Below are positions 11,601-24,300 of a stretch of DNA of 64,000 nucleotides, in pieces. The position numbers and the translations under genes were made by a program. Numbering within the stretch: the first letter of the stretch is position 1; each line of letters opens with the position of its first letter. The notes beneath the pieces were generated by a model. It saw only the letters and a program-made list of their open reading frames with translations, ran no database searches and was not told the origin of the DNA. The stretch is from Podarcis pityusensis (lineage: Eukaryota): assembly GCA_964106645.2 (NCBI GenBank), contig OZ067043.1; one strand, given 5' to 3'.

Positions 11601-13112
11601 TCTTAATGCTTTTTCAGCTAGACTATTATTTAACTGTAAATTTCCCCTACCTGATGAAAGTGCGGGAGAGCCAAAACGGAACACCTGCTCATCCCTCCCT
11701 TTAAACTGTCATAATGCTGATATGGAGCCATACAATGTGCAAACATTAAAAAGCAAAGCACAATAGTATAGTTCAAACTGATGGGGAAAGTGGGATAAAG
11801 GAACATATTTTAAAGAGACAAAGTAGTTATTGAAGAGTCTGACACCCCCTTAGTTGTATACTGCTTAGAAATCTAAAGCCACAAATGACAAAGCAAACAT
11901 TTCAAATTTACCTCTTCTTTAAAATAAAAAAAAGTAACTGAGGAAGTGAGACTGCACATACTTCAGGGATGACAGTGGTTTCAGGTGAGGGCAGAAATGG
12001 TTTTAGGCTCATGGGAAAGGGACTATTGGATAGCAGCTAGTACATTCAGATATCTGTGGTTGGAAGCACATTCTTAAAAGCCTGGAAACCGATGCACATT
12101 ATGCACTAAAAATAAATCCACCATTTCCATTAATTTGTTTCATATGCTCCATACACAGAAAGATGAGCAATAAATCACATAGTGCTTGAACTGTTTCAAA
12201 TCACAGCACAGTGTAATAAAAGAAACATTTTTCATATGGCAGCATTGGAATACATTTGAGATGAGATGGGGATGTTCAACACTCACAGGCACTGTAGCAT
12301 CACAATCTTTCTGACAAAACAGATGCCAGAATAAAAATAGCCACGGTCACCCTCATAAAACATCTATCAACACCCACAACATGCAGCGTGCAGTTAACAA
12401 TTAAAGCAATTGTGTTGCCTTAGCATTTTGTCATGGAAAATATATATTTAAAATGGTATGGTTATATGTTCTCTGTATCAATGGGTTGTTAACCCGTAGA
12501 CATCAACATTGTAATTTAATATTTTCATTAGACCCTTTAACTAATAGGTTTTCCAATTGACCATTATTGTGGCCACAGAGTGGGAAGGCACATTTAATTT
12601 ATTGATGGTGCTTAATTCCTTCTCTTAAAAAATATGTTGCACTGCTGATGTCATTCCAGTCCTGGATGAACATTGTCTGCCACTTTGCAATTTCTATCAG
12701 AAAAAGATAAAATGCACAATATACAAATATCTTAAATGCTAATCATGAATACCAGAAACTACAGAGCATCAATATTCTGTAAGAAAAACAACAACTATGA
12801 ACCTGTTGTTGATAATCTCTCATTTCACAGTTGCTGTAATATATATTTTCCCTAGGGTTGTATTGTTTTTTTATTATTATTCTTATTCTGACAACACAAA
12901 AGTGCACCACCTAGAAATGGAATTATCAACCAGTGATGCATCAATGGTGTGAGAAGTAGTGAAATGAAGGTATGAAATATTCCATATTGTATATGTGGAA
13001 TATATTATGTTTGTGGCTAGCATCAATGTAAATGAAGGCAGGCAATGGTGAATATGAATAGCTCAAAAGTGACAGAGAGAAAAGGACAGATACCTACCCC
13101 AACCTGCGCTAT

Positions 13113-13196
13113 CTAGCTATCGCCCTGTGGACTTACAGTATCACCAATGGGCTCACCAAATGGATCACTGTTGGATGAGGCCTGAGATCCATCAGG
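13113..13196 (-). CDS. DAB1: DAB1 exon 14 coding part: PDGSQASSNSDPFGEPIGDTVSPQGDS* (exon extends 15 nt past the stop, to 13098)
   Basis: Acceptor ttcttgtattctag; TAG at 13115-13113; followed by ATAGCGCAGGTTGGG|gtaggt. Confidence 0.95.
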   Translation of the reverse strand, partial: PDGSQASSNSDPFGEPIGDTVSPQGDS

Positions 13197-15110
13197 CTAG
13201 AATACAAGAACATAACACCTTTTTTTCTCAACAACAGAAAGGAAAACAAAGTCAGCAGTTATTTTCATGCAGTGGGTGCATTTTAACATGAATATCTATT
13301 GTGGATGAAAATAATTTAAAAGCCATAAACTACAGCTGATATTTCCTAGGACCAACTGCTGCCAGTGGGCCAGCCCTGGATAGGATAGTAAACTGATTTG
13401 AGCTCACAGAAACAGTCTTTTAGGTTAGTGCATTTTGGCCAAAGTTAACTTTACCTTCAAGACTTGGTCAAGAAGCAGACAAATGCCTAGTGCATGGCTT
13501 CTGCTTTAAGCCTGCCTCATTAGTGGTTCTAGTTTGTGATGAGCCATTCATGTGAAGCAGTTGCCATGGCCACGTCTGACTATTTTTGCACCGCAACTCA
13601 AACCCAGCCAAATATGAGTTTTCAGCAATATGAGAGCAATCTGGATCTGTGTATGGTGCCCATAACTGGTTTGTGGTCATCACAAGCAAATTTGGACACC
13701 ACAGATCTGAGACCAGGTTGCAATTATCAATGTGAGGTCATGCTTCTGCTGTCTCCTTGCAAGTGGGGCAGGCACAGAGTCATGCGTTAGCTATTGTATT
13801 CACCACTCGTGCTATTCAACTTAAGCCAAGCCATGTGATTGTACTGACAGCAAAACTTATCCATATTGTCACCTACCCAAGCCACTACACATTGACCTGT
13901 GAAGGGTTGTCCATTCCCAGTATTAAGGTGTATACTTACTTTCATTTTCAAATGTCACTGATTCCCCCCTCCCCCTGGGAAATCAAATGTGTTGTGCTAT
14001 TTTTACAATGTCTGAAGAAATCTGCCAGCTCCTCCCCCTGAAAACAATCTGGTCATATAAAGCATTCCTGTTGAATGCTAGAAAATGGAGAGCATGGATT
14101 CTCTCTTCCCTGCCAGTCATCCTCCCTGGCTTGCCCTGGAGAAAGCAGAGGGAAGAACTCACTACTCTGTAAGATCCTTCCTAGGTTGAGTTCAGCCTGA
14201 AGGTGGCAAAACTCAGACACTGAGTGCCAGGGGCTACATTTTGAACTCCCCCCCCCATTGCATCACACCAAAGTCTCTGAACTCCTTTGTCTTTCAGCCC
14301 CAATATCCTTCTGTGTTTCTAAGGCAGAACTGCAAATTTATATTGGCTACAATGGTGCCATCACACAAAGCTTTGATGGCACACTGCTGCTTCCGGTTCT
14401 TGAAATCTAATTCACAGTTGCGCCTCCTGAATTCTGTCTCTTCGAAGAGCTGGCAGGAGGAGGTAGATACAGACTAATAAATCATGAGAGAACAATCCAG
14501 CAGAAATGTATAACAAGTAGGAACACTCAAATAGACTGCATAAGCTGACATGTAGATAAAAATGTTAAGTTAATCTGTGCAATCTTCCATTTTGACTTAC
14601 ACGTTTTTGCTTCAGCAGTATACGTGCTAGTCTAGCACATATCGGTGCTGATGGGGAAACTGGAAGAGTGAAGTGGGAGCACTGATCAACACTCTGTCCT
14701 CTGTAATTTACATTAGTTGTGAGCAGTCAGGAGAAAATCGGAAGCGTTTGAAGGGTGGGGGAAGAGGGCTGGGTTCATTATTTCTCCTTCCGTTTGATTT
14801 GCATCAAATAAGGAGAAAAATTGAGGGAACATTTGGGTTCATATCCTAACTCTCTATGTTTTGTAGGGCCACCTTCATTGCCCAAAGTCAATGTTAATTG
14901 TCTATAACTGGACTAGGAAACTCTCCTCTATTTTCTTCTACAGTCCAATTTTGCTGATTGAATACTACCTTTAATGTGATCTACAGCAAATGTTTTAGTA
15001 CTCATGCAAAGTAGAACTTGACTATAATTTTCAAAATTTTCAAAACTGTGAACCATGTACATGGTAACTGAGCAGTTTATGGGTTAATGATTTGGAATTG
15101 CCCCACTTAC

Positions 15111-15238
15111 CGCTTCCTGTTCTTCACTTTTACTTGGACTTTCAAAGCCCTCTTCAAAGAGGTCATCTGCAGCAGGGTCACTGGTATGAGATGCTGAGGA
15201 TTTGGATGGAGAACTTTGTCTAGGAGCAGGAGTTGGAG
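15111..15238 (-). CDS. DAB1: DAB1 exon 13 (128 nt): (P)[42 protein letters not shown] (SP-x-K Cdk5-type sites)
   Basis: Acceptor gtctttattcag, donor GCG|gtaagt; phase 1-0. Confidence 0.97.
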
Positions 15239-16428
15239 CTGAATAAAGACAATAGAGATAATTTGAATTGAATGGATGACTGACTCCTAAATATCACCAG
15301 AGAACCTGCTGGCAGGTGTCTGGGTGGGCTATGAGCCTAGTGCCACTGTGTGGTTTGGCAATTCCCCCCCCCCCCAAGATTAACAATAAATGGATCTGAG
15401 AAACTTGTCTTAAAAGGCAAAATTGCTCTTAGTAAAGTGTTTGGGAACCACTGAGTTTGACAGTTTTGAAAGATTCAAAATATTTTAATTTTAGTTTGCA
15501 AAATTCAGCAACCTCTTATCATTCATATGACAACAAACAATGTCCTGGGTTTACTTTGTTTTTAATTTATGCAGCAGTACCAATGCGTTTATCTTAAAAT
15601 ATTTAACAAAAATTAGATAAATATAAATAAATAAATAAATAATAGAAGCTTTCTATCACTGGAAGATGCCCATCTTTTAAAAAACTACAGATGCCTACTG
15701 AGTCATTTCTTCTAACTACACTGTGAAACAAATGAAGTATAAAATTAGCAGTAGTCCACTGAAATCACTTGCAATGCAATTGTTGCAGTACCATCAGAAA
15801 TACACATTAAGCACACTAAAGGAATGTTGCTTCAGTGCAGTGATGATCCATCACCACACCTGCTTAAATCCAACTCCTCCATCCAGTTTTATTGTGTGTT
15901 TAAGCACGGGAATCATGTCATCAGCAATTCTTAATTTAGGGTTGATTCACACAAAATGTTTTTGCAACAATGTAATCACAATGCTCAAGTAAGGCTGGTA
16001 ATTATGAATCCAAAATCAATAAGCCACCATTGCATCAAGCACAGCTTCCATTGGAGGAGGGGAGCAGAAACCCTCACCAAATTTCTGGATTTCCTTAGCT
16101 CATGAATATAGCAAACAGAATCCCAGCTTTGGGAACTTCCAAAGCCGATTGTGCAAGCCAGTTTTTATGCATATTTAAGATGACACTGTCTTTCAACAAC
16201 TAAATTACACTGTCTTTCAAAAATGAAATTCATTAAAAGTAATGTGTGTAATTAATTACGGACATCCATGAACTCCATGCGATTATCCTCGATTTCATGT
16301 CTTCCCAACTTCAAAGACGCCCAATTTATTTAATTTTTAATTACATTCATGGATACTTCTGACAGCTTCATCTCAGAAAAGGGAAACAATGTGTGGAAGG
16401 TTGCGGCAGAAAAACGGGGAATACTCAC

Positions 16429-16977
16429 GTGAGTTCGTCGATGGCGTTGTAGAAGTCACAGGAGTCAAATTTAACTGAGAGATGTCAAAGTCATCACAAT
16501 CATCTGCTTCCTGTGCCATCCCAACTTTGTTAAAGTAACTGGAGAAGGCCTCTGAGGTACAACTGAGGGAAGGCTGATCTGGTTTTCGTGATGGCACTGG
16601 TGGAGGCTGAGCCATCTGGAAATCTTTGAACATTTCTTTTCCTGCTTGCTGCCTAGGCCTATCTGTCTGCGGACTGGATCTGGTGGAATCACTTGTAGGT
16701 GGAACGGTAGCAATGGGAGCAACGGTACCTTGAAACATGGCTGCTTGTAAAGGCAATACAGTTTGTGTTGGCATGAAGGCAGCAGGCTGAAACTGACCAG
16801 CTACAGATGGCCATGGTTGCTGGGTGGGAGAAAATATCCCAGGTTGTCCCCATGCAATTGACTGTCCTCCCTGCATCACCTGAGCAACTGGAGGCTGAGC
16901 ACCCATGGCCAGTTGTTGTTGAACAAGAGGTTGTTGTCCCCAGAAGGAGGGCAGGACAGCTCCCATTGCAACATAAC
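16429..16977 (-). CDS. DAB1: DAB1 exon 12 (549 nt): (G)[15 protein letters not shown]...[15 protein letters not shown](P)
   Basis: Lies inside ORF 16373..17137; acceptor ttccccccgaag, donor CAC|gtgagt; phase 1-1. Confidence 0.97.
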
Positions 16978-19900
16978 CTTCGGGGGGAAAGAGAGCGGGG
17001 ACAATTTCAGAACAGGAAGAGCAAAAAAAGAACAGGGCAGCCAAGGAAGAAAAGTTGGTCAGATATACAAATGAGGAATCACAGGGAGTTTTGGTGACTT
17101 CTGTTGCTCCACTGAAAGCGTTGTTGGACAGAGGCATGGGGCAGGTTCAGAAGCTGTTACTAGACTACATGCAAAACTAAATCTATTTTAATGAGACGGC
17201 ATTTTCCAATAAATAAGAGGAAAAAAGGGAGTGTTCCTAATGATGTTTTCTCTGCCCTTTCTTCTGAACGGAAATCTTCTCTATTAGAGTATTTGTTTTG
17301 CTCACTCACCCAGCATATCACAGACCAGTACTTAGTTGTACCAGTACTTTGCTTCCAGTATTTTTAGCTTGACAAGCAGCTTTGGGAAACACATAAGCTT
17401 ACTTTATTCTTGCATTTTCAGTAAGTAGGTTAACAAAGGGTATTGTCTTCACCTATTCCATACCGTAGTTTACATCTAAACCCTTTTCTTTCCATGTTGT
17501 CCGTTGCCCATTTATTACCCACAAATTTATCAAGCTAATTGCCCAAGGTGCAATTATGTTTCTGAAATGACCATATGTGTAGACTTCTGAGCCCCCCCCC
17601 ATTTATACTGGACATTAGCTCCTTACTCACTGGATTTCAGAAGCTGCAGTTAAAGAGCAGAAACGTTATCTAGATATGGAGAATGTCAATCATATATCAA
17701 GATTTTGAGTAACACGCAGAAGTTGGGCAAACTCACACAAACTGTATGCAGAAAGGTAAAAGTAGTATGGAAAAAACATTCGCACTCACCCTGCCCCAGT
17801 GTATTCATACAACCCCCACCCCCTGTCCTGGCATCTCTAGTCAAACAGGTATTGCAAGTTTTTGGAGCACTGCAGATAGCCTACAAGACCTATTTGATCT
17901 GACTGATTAAAATAGAGCATGCACATCATTTAGAATTGTATTTCTGGCCCTCTGTGAGAGTAAAGGTCAGGAGCCAAGCCCACACTGCTGCTTTAGAGGA
18001 GTAGGGGACAGCTATATAAAGCAAGACTGCCTCCCCTCCTCAGTTGTGTTTTGTCCTTCACCCAGCCACCTGCCCCTTTGATGCAATGTCAAAACATTCC
18101 AGTTGCTAAAGATTTGTGGTGTTTTCCTCAAAGATGGGCCTAGGGCTTAATGGTCTCCTCCTACCTTTGTGACTTTGGTACCAAGGGTAGGTAAATATAA
18201 TGAATATCCATACACAAGTGCAATGTAGATTATACGAAGAAATGCACAAAAAGCAACAGTCTGGTGAGTGCTCTGAAGCACTTTTAGAAGATTAAAGGAG
18301 TATCCTCATACATAACCATTAAAATCTCAAAACAGGTAGGATTGTTAGGGGTTCTGAATAAACGTCTCATATCCACAAGGATGGGTGTGTGTTACACAGG
18401 CAGAACTCCCTCGGCACAATGAAGCGACCATGAAGTAGGGAGGTGACTGCTCCTCAGACCATTTGGGACCAGCGGTGATGGGAGGGAGTTTGTCACCAGC
18501 ATTTTTAGAACCCATTGCAAAGACTTTAAAGTTATAGTTGATAAAATTCTTTCCCCACTAAAAACCTAATCTGGTGTTCCATCTCATTAGCGCTGGGGTC
18601 GTGGTGCTATGATAGCTCCACCATCTCTATGAAACCCAGTCACCCACCCCAATTATTATCATCTGTTCCCACTCTCCATGAAGCACACGTGTAATTGGCC
18701 TCATTAACCAACATTAATAGGAAAGAGCAGCCATGTGTGCTTAGCCTTCAAGTTTAGTTTTAGGTTTGGATAAGGTAGGACAGTGTTTGAATGTTCGTAG
18801 TCCAGGCTGCACTTCAAATGAAAGATGCCACTTCTTTTCTAAGAGATTTTTTAAAAATGTAGCCAAAAGATCCATTAGCTTGCAAAAACATTTTGTATGA
18901 AGGCCTAGTTTCAACATTTTACAGACATCACTTCTAATTCTTCTATGTTTCAGTTTCTTTTTTTGTCCATCCAGCACACCTTAACATGGGAAATTTCATT
19001 TAGCTTCTTAATTAGTGGCTCCCTCTCCTTAAAAATCATGACCTGGCTGAGTATACTAAAGCAGAATTCAAATGTTATTCCCTTTTCTCATTTTAATGTT
19101 TACTCTACCTAGATTTTGATTATTATTTTTTTGCTATACGGAGATTAAACAAGTTTTGCTGATGAGGCATGTACACAACAATAAGGTAGTCTTTATGTTG
19201 CAAAAAAAAAAAACCCTAGATATTTATTTTGCTATGGAAAGAAGCAGTTTTCTTGTTTTATGTTTCAAAGCCAGCTGTTAGCATGTCCACAGCTCTGACT
19301 AGATAAATCCAGGCTCATTTTGAATTTTTGTATTAGAGTGTTCCAAAACTTCAACCTATTTCATTTTCTGGACAATGGGATGTGTACGGTAACAAAATAA
19401 AAATAACACACAGAAGCGGAAAATGGGATAAGATTCAAACCACACCTGCAATCTGTTAGCAAATTGTTATACAAGTAAATGTGCAAGTATGCAGATATAG
19501 CCTAATTTAACATCAAAGGAACTGTGGGTTGTCCAGTCAGGAATGGCTGGCAGGGTGATGCTGCCTTGTATCTCTTCTGGCCGTGGTGTTGCTACTGCTT
19601 ACTGGGACAGTAGACTTCTACACTGTCCCAGTAAACAGCAGAAACATCACCAGTACACTGCACCAGCTACTTCTGCTAGCAATCAGGGGACAGGCTTCCT
19701 AAGTCTGTATGTCTTTACACTCTTCTTCCTAGCAAAATCATGTAATATATGCATGCACATGCGTATGTACTTGCTTTGCACAATTTATGCCAATCACAAA
19801 GTTTAATTTACTTGAAAGCAGAAACTAGAAATTTAGTGCAGACCACACACAGTTCTGGCTAATTCACACCTAACATTATAGTGGATATCCGGTATTTTAA

Positions 19901-20539
19901 AGAGACAAACATACATTTTCATTTGTGTTATTTCTTCCCGATAAAGAACTACGTAAGCGAAAGAGGATTTAAGCAAAAGCAACTGCTCAACAAATCAGAA
20001 GCAGTAATGGGGAACAAATGTATTGTCTGTGTATTATTCCAAGCTTCAGAAATGAGGTTAAGCTATCATTGTTTGCATTTTGGACACCGAAGAACAGTGA
20101 AAAACATAAAACAAACACCAGTCTTTTTTCTTCTGTGGCTACTGGAACTCCAGGAAAATCAAAAGAGAAAGCGGCCTTGAGGAAAGGCCTTATGCAGTTT
20201 CAGAAGGAGATTGCCCAAATGCCTTCAGAAGAATATGGAAGGATTTAGGAGCTGTTCACTGAATGAATCACAAATGTATTGCCAAACTCTTAAAGTGTAA
20301 ACAGTATCTACTGGGTTGATGTGAGGTGTTAATTTTATCTGTGGATTTTATATCTGTAATGGGTCATTCACTGCAGTCATTGGTTAATGAGCAGGTATGA
20401 GGGAACTAGAACTAAATCTACTAATTCATCAAGGGTCTAGATGTTCTGATGTACAACAGAATAGCTCCCATTAAAAGCCACATATACTCAGACTGGCCTT
20501 TAAGTTCTCAAGTTATATAACATGATGTGAAAAACTCAC

Positions 20540-20648
20540 CTGAGGGTACAGCAGCAGTGCTGTAAGGTACAGAACTAAATACATCTGCACCAGCAGGAAG
20601 TGACTGGGATGAAGATGGGATAAAGGCATCACCTGGAGTTGCAGGGTT
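20540..20648 (-). CDS. DAB1: DAB1 exon 11 (109 nt): [36 protein letters not shown](G)
   Basis: Acceptor gttttacag, donor CAG|gtgagt; phase 0-1. Confidence 0.97.
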
Positions 20649-21272
20649 CTGTAAAACATGGGAAGATTAGAACATGCTGATTAAACATACATGGGTGGCA
20701 TCTCAGTTGTGGCTTCTGCTGCCAAGAACTGGCTCTACATCCTTTTTCCTAATTAAAAAAAGCGACAGAGAGGAAATGATGGGCTGGTTATAAGAGAGAA
20801 GATGCAGAAGGGAGAGAGCAGCAGGAAGGTGGGGAAGGGAAAACAGCAGCAACTAGAAAACAGAATGGGGAACTGCATCAAGAAAATCTCTTATGTATTA
20901 AATGTATTAAATGTATTAATGTATTAAATAAACCCAAAAGTGTTCTTCCCCAGCTCCTAGGATATATGCAAATTCCTACAGCACCTGTTCTCTCCCACCC
21001 CCCATGAAAGGTCTAAGGCTGTGTGATATTAATAGCTTCACAGGGGATCAGTGTAAGCAATTAGTGCAGAAAAAGAAGTAGAAAGGTAATGAGCAATTTT
21101 ACATAGGGAAAAATTCAAACTGGGTAAAATGATTGCAAACCTTTTTGAAATTCTTTCAGCTTCAGTATGGGGCATTGTTAGTCATGAATATCTAAATGCA
21201 TTATGCTGCTACAAGAAGCCTGCTGAAAGTGGCATGTGAGAAAGAGGCAGGAAATTTCTCTCCGGTACTTAC

Positions 21273-21335
21273 AGGGGGAGAGGTTACATCAGGAGGAGTG
21301 GACATGTCCCCAAACAGCTCTAGTTGGGTAACAGC
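21273..21335 (-). CDS. DAB1: DAB1 exon 10 (63 nt): [21 protein letters not shown]
   Basis: Acceptor ttatttgcag, donor CCT|gtaagt. Confidence 0.97.
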
Positions 21336-24300
21336 CTGCAAATAATTGCAAAAAGAAAGAAAAAAGATTTAGGCATGTCTCATCTCTTATCCACTGAGCA
21401 ACACAGAAGCCAGTTTTGTAATGGAAAGCAAGAGTAACTTCTCAAAACAATTTTTTACTTGCAATTTTTTTGGGCCAGTCTGTGAGGCAAACCTGAACAA
21501 ATGTCTGTCATTTCAGCAATATCTCATTGGCACTCTAGATATTAAAGGATTTAAAAAATAAATAAATCCACAGATGGTGTGAAGAGGGAAATCTTTACAC
21601 AGAACCACCTCCTGATCAGAAGACAGGATCAATTTCTCCCCCCTGCCCTTTGTAGAAAATTCCTCCTCATAGAAGAAGAAATTTATCCAAAGGTTGCACT
21701 GGCTTCAGTTCTACTACCTTGTCAATGAGTACCCAGACAATGACCTTTACAAACCTCCCACAAAGGATGCCATGTCCATATCATCCTTTCACCAAGTGAG
21801 CTGTAATCCATCGAATGGAACAGTTCCCACTGTCCTATAGGTATCTTCTACTGACTCCTTCTGTCACCTAAACCATTGTGTTCTAGATACATTTCTTCCC
21901 AAGGCAGGCTGTTTAAAGGCACAAACAAGTGTGTTTTTTTCACTAATAATTTACATCCTTCAGACATTTAACTTGCATCAATCCCAATCTCTGGGATGAA
22001 CTGTTGGGACAAATGTGGCAGAACCTGTTTCTGAAAACGTATGAGAAATGAGTTGCATTTGGCAAGGGAGGAAACAATATATATTTTTTGCAGAGTGCCA
22101 ATAAGGAAGATTGTCCCTGAGGAAGGTATTTCTTGTTTCTGAACACATTATGCAATAATAAAATATTTTGGTCATTTTGATACATTTTTCTGATTTATTT
22201 CTGCATTCGTTCTCTCCACACACACACACCCCTTTTTTATTTTGGCAGCCTGCCTCCATCATCATAAATGCCTGTCCCACTTCAGGCTGCCATCAGCAAA
22301 TCATGGATGAGTGTGCTGAATATGCATGAAAAAATCCAGGTTGTGGATGCTAAAATCATGCTGCTGATAATGCCATATTAAATCTGGGCTCCCATTGCAA
22401 GATTTGGACTTTATGGGCATTGGATTTGAGCGTGGAGGTGCTTCCCAAATAAGACAGCCATTTACAGACACCCAGCAACTCCAGAGGCAGAATCGGCCAG
22501 TCTTCTCAAGCCAATCTTATGATTAACCATTAAATAATGTATGCTGTACTACTCTGTTATTTCATTACTGGGACTCTCATGAACTTCACAGAGCCTTACA
22601 TTCAAATCAGCATTCAGGCAGAGCTTTAGAGGTGTTCAGTGTGCAAGATAAATATAATACTCAAGAAATTCCAATCTCTAACAGTATGCCTTCCAAGCTT
22701 GTAGCTCTCTGTCTACTTATGAACAAATTCTACAAAAAGGATGTTAACTACCTGAGCTTGAAGGAACTCCAATTAAAGGCCCTCAAAACTGAAAGTGAAC
22801 TGGATGCTTTTTATAGCACAAAGCCCTTTAAAAAAATGGAATTTGACACCTGCGTTGTCTTAATATGAAGGAAAAGGGATTAGCTATTCCACATGTAAAC
22901 GCAAGAAAGGCAAGGCAGATTTTCAGATGCTTGCTTTGAAAGCATTTGGTCCTGTAAAATTTAATCATTTAATAAGATGTCATTTTAAAGGTTGTGTCCA
23001 GTTTATTGCAAAAAAAGGTGTAAACTACCGGTAATCCATTCCTTTAAAAGATACTTCCAGAAGGAAATTTCTTTCCTAATTATCACTGGTAGATATTATT
23101 TTTTAGCTTCTGCAAGACAAAGGGGCTCTGATAAAACTGTGCTTCTTGGTAATCTTTAATTTTATGACAGCTTGGGAGCTAGAGAATTATTTTGGGATGG
23201 ACAGGTACACCCACCCACCCTACAATCAAGTAGGTTATAAGAAAATGATGGAAGAGAAGCATTGATGTTAAACATTCCCATTGTATAATGTACATCGGAA
23301 ATACTTCACTGATTTTGAATTAAGTTATTCCTGGTCATTACAAGAACATCTACCAATAATTTGGAAAGCAAAACAGATTAGGTGAAACTCAGTTTTCTGT
23401 GTTTTTGAGTTGCATACTGTTGTCTCACAGTGTCCTAGCATACTCAACTTTCAACTGGGCTTGTGAATAAGGCACAGCATTTGAGACTGTCACTGTAATT
23501 GCAAAGTGAATTATTGGACATTCACAGAATGATGCCAGGAAAGAAAGATATGATAAACTGATGAACAATTTGAGGAGGTGCATTAGCATGCAAATAGTGA
23601 AGCTGATCAAAATTAATTTGGCTAATATAAATAAATGATCTCCTTAGAAGCTAATAATTTTCTTTGAAAGAGCATATTTGAATTTGATTTACTAAAACAT
23701 TTTCCATGATGGCTGCATATTGAAAAAGTGCCTCTACAACTATGGGAATTAGGACAGCTGTTTAGAGGAAGTGTTTTTTAAAATAAATGCTTTTAAGTGA
23801 TCCTGACCAGGCTAACAGGCCCATTTGCTTTCGGAGGCAGTTGTGTGTGGGATGTTGCACATATGAACTGGTCAACAGATACCCAAAGCAGCAGGTGCAG
23901 ATCTACAAACTGACCTTATGACTACATCATCCAGCCTTATCTTTGTTCTTTATTTTATTTTTCCTTGCTCCCCCACTCTATTTTGTGTAATATCTTTTCT
24001 TATGAACAGTTCTGGAGAACTTTAAGGCTTGAAACACTTTTGTGTCATTTTGGTTGGTTCTACTAAAGATACTGTTGAACTGTGGATATGGGAGTTAAAA
24101 ATTCAAAACATTCAAGTGTTTTCTCAAGTCTAGGCTAACCATACCCAATTGCGTGGGTTTTTCCTCAGATGACTTCACCTCTGGATGTTCCACCCTCATA
24201 GCGCTGCACAAAAATCTGTTTTTTATTTGGCAACAGCTTTTTAAATTTTAGTGAGCAGAAACAAAGCGGTGCAAATAAGGTTGCAATACAGCGAAAGGAG

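Noticed and set aside
11651-11690. CTGATGA followed by GAAA-like sequence as an intact hammerhead ribozyme
   Set aside because: No convincing helix II or helix I/III pairing around the motif
16373-17137. 254-aa ORF as a stand-alone gene
   Set aside because: It is DAB1 exon 12 plus chance-open intron flanks; similarity is limited to 16429-16977, which is bounded by splice sites
20893-20930. Short tandem array (aatgtatta)n, plus similar small duplications at 16183-16220 and 47415-47455
   Set aside because: Simple slippage repeats without spacers; not CRISPR-like. The sequence is eukaryotic, with no operon or cas context.
23429-23492. 64-nt pseudo-exon in intron 9
   Set aside because: Begins with TGA, shifts frame and has a weak donor; no supporting feature beyond AG/GT
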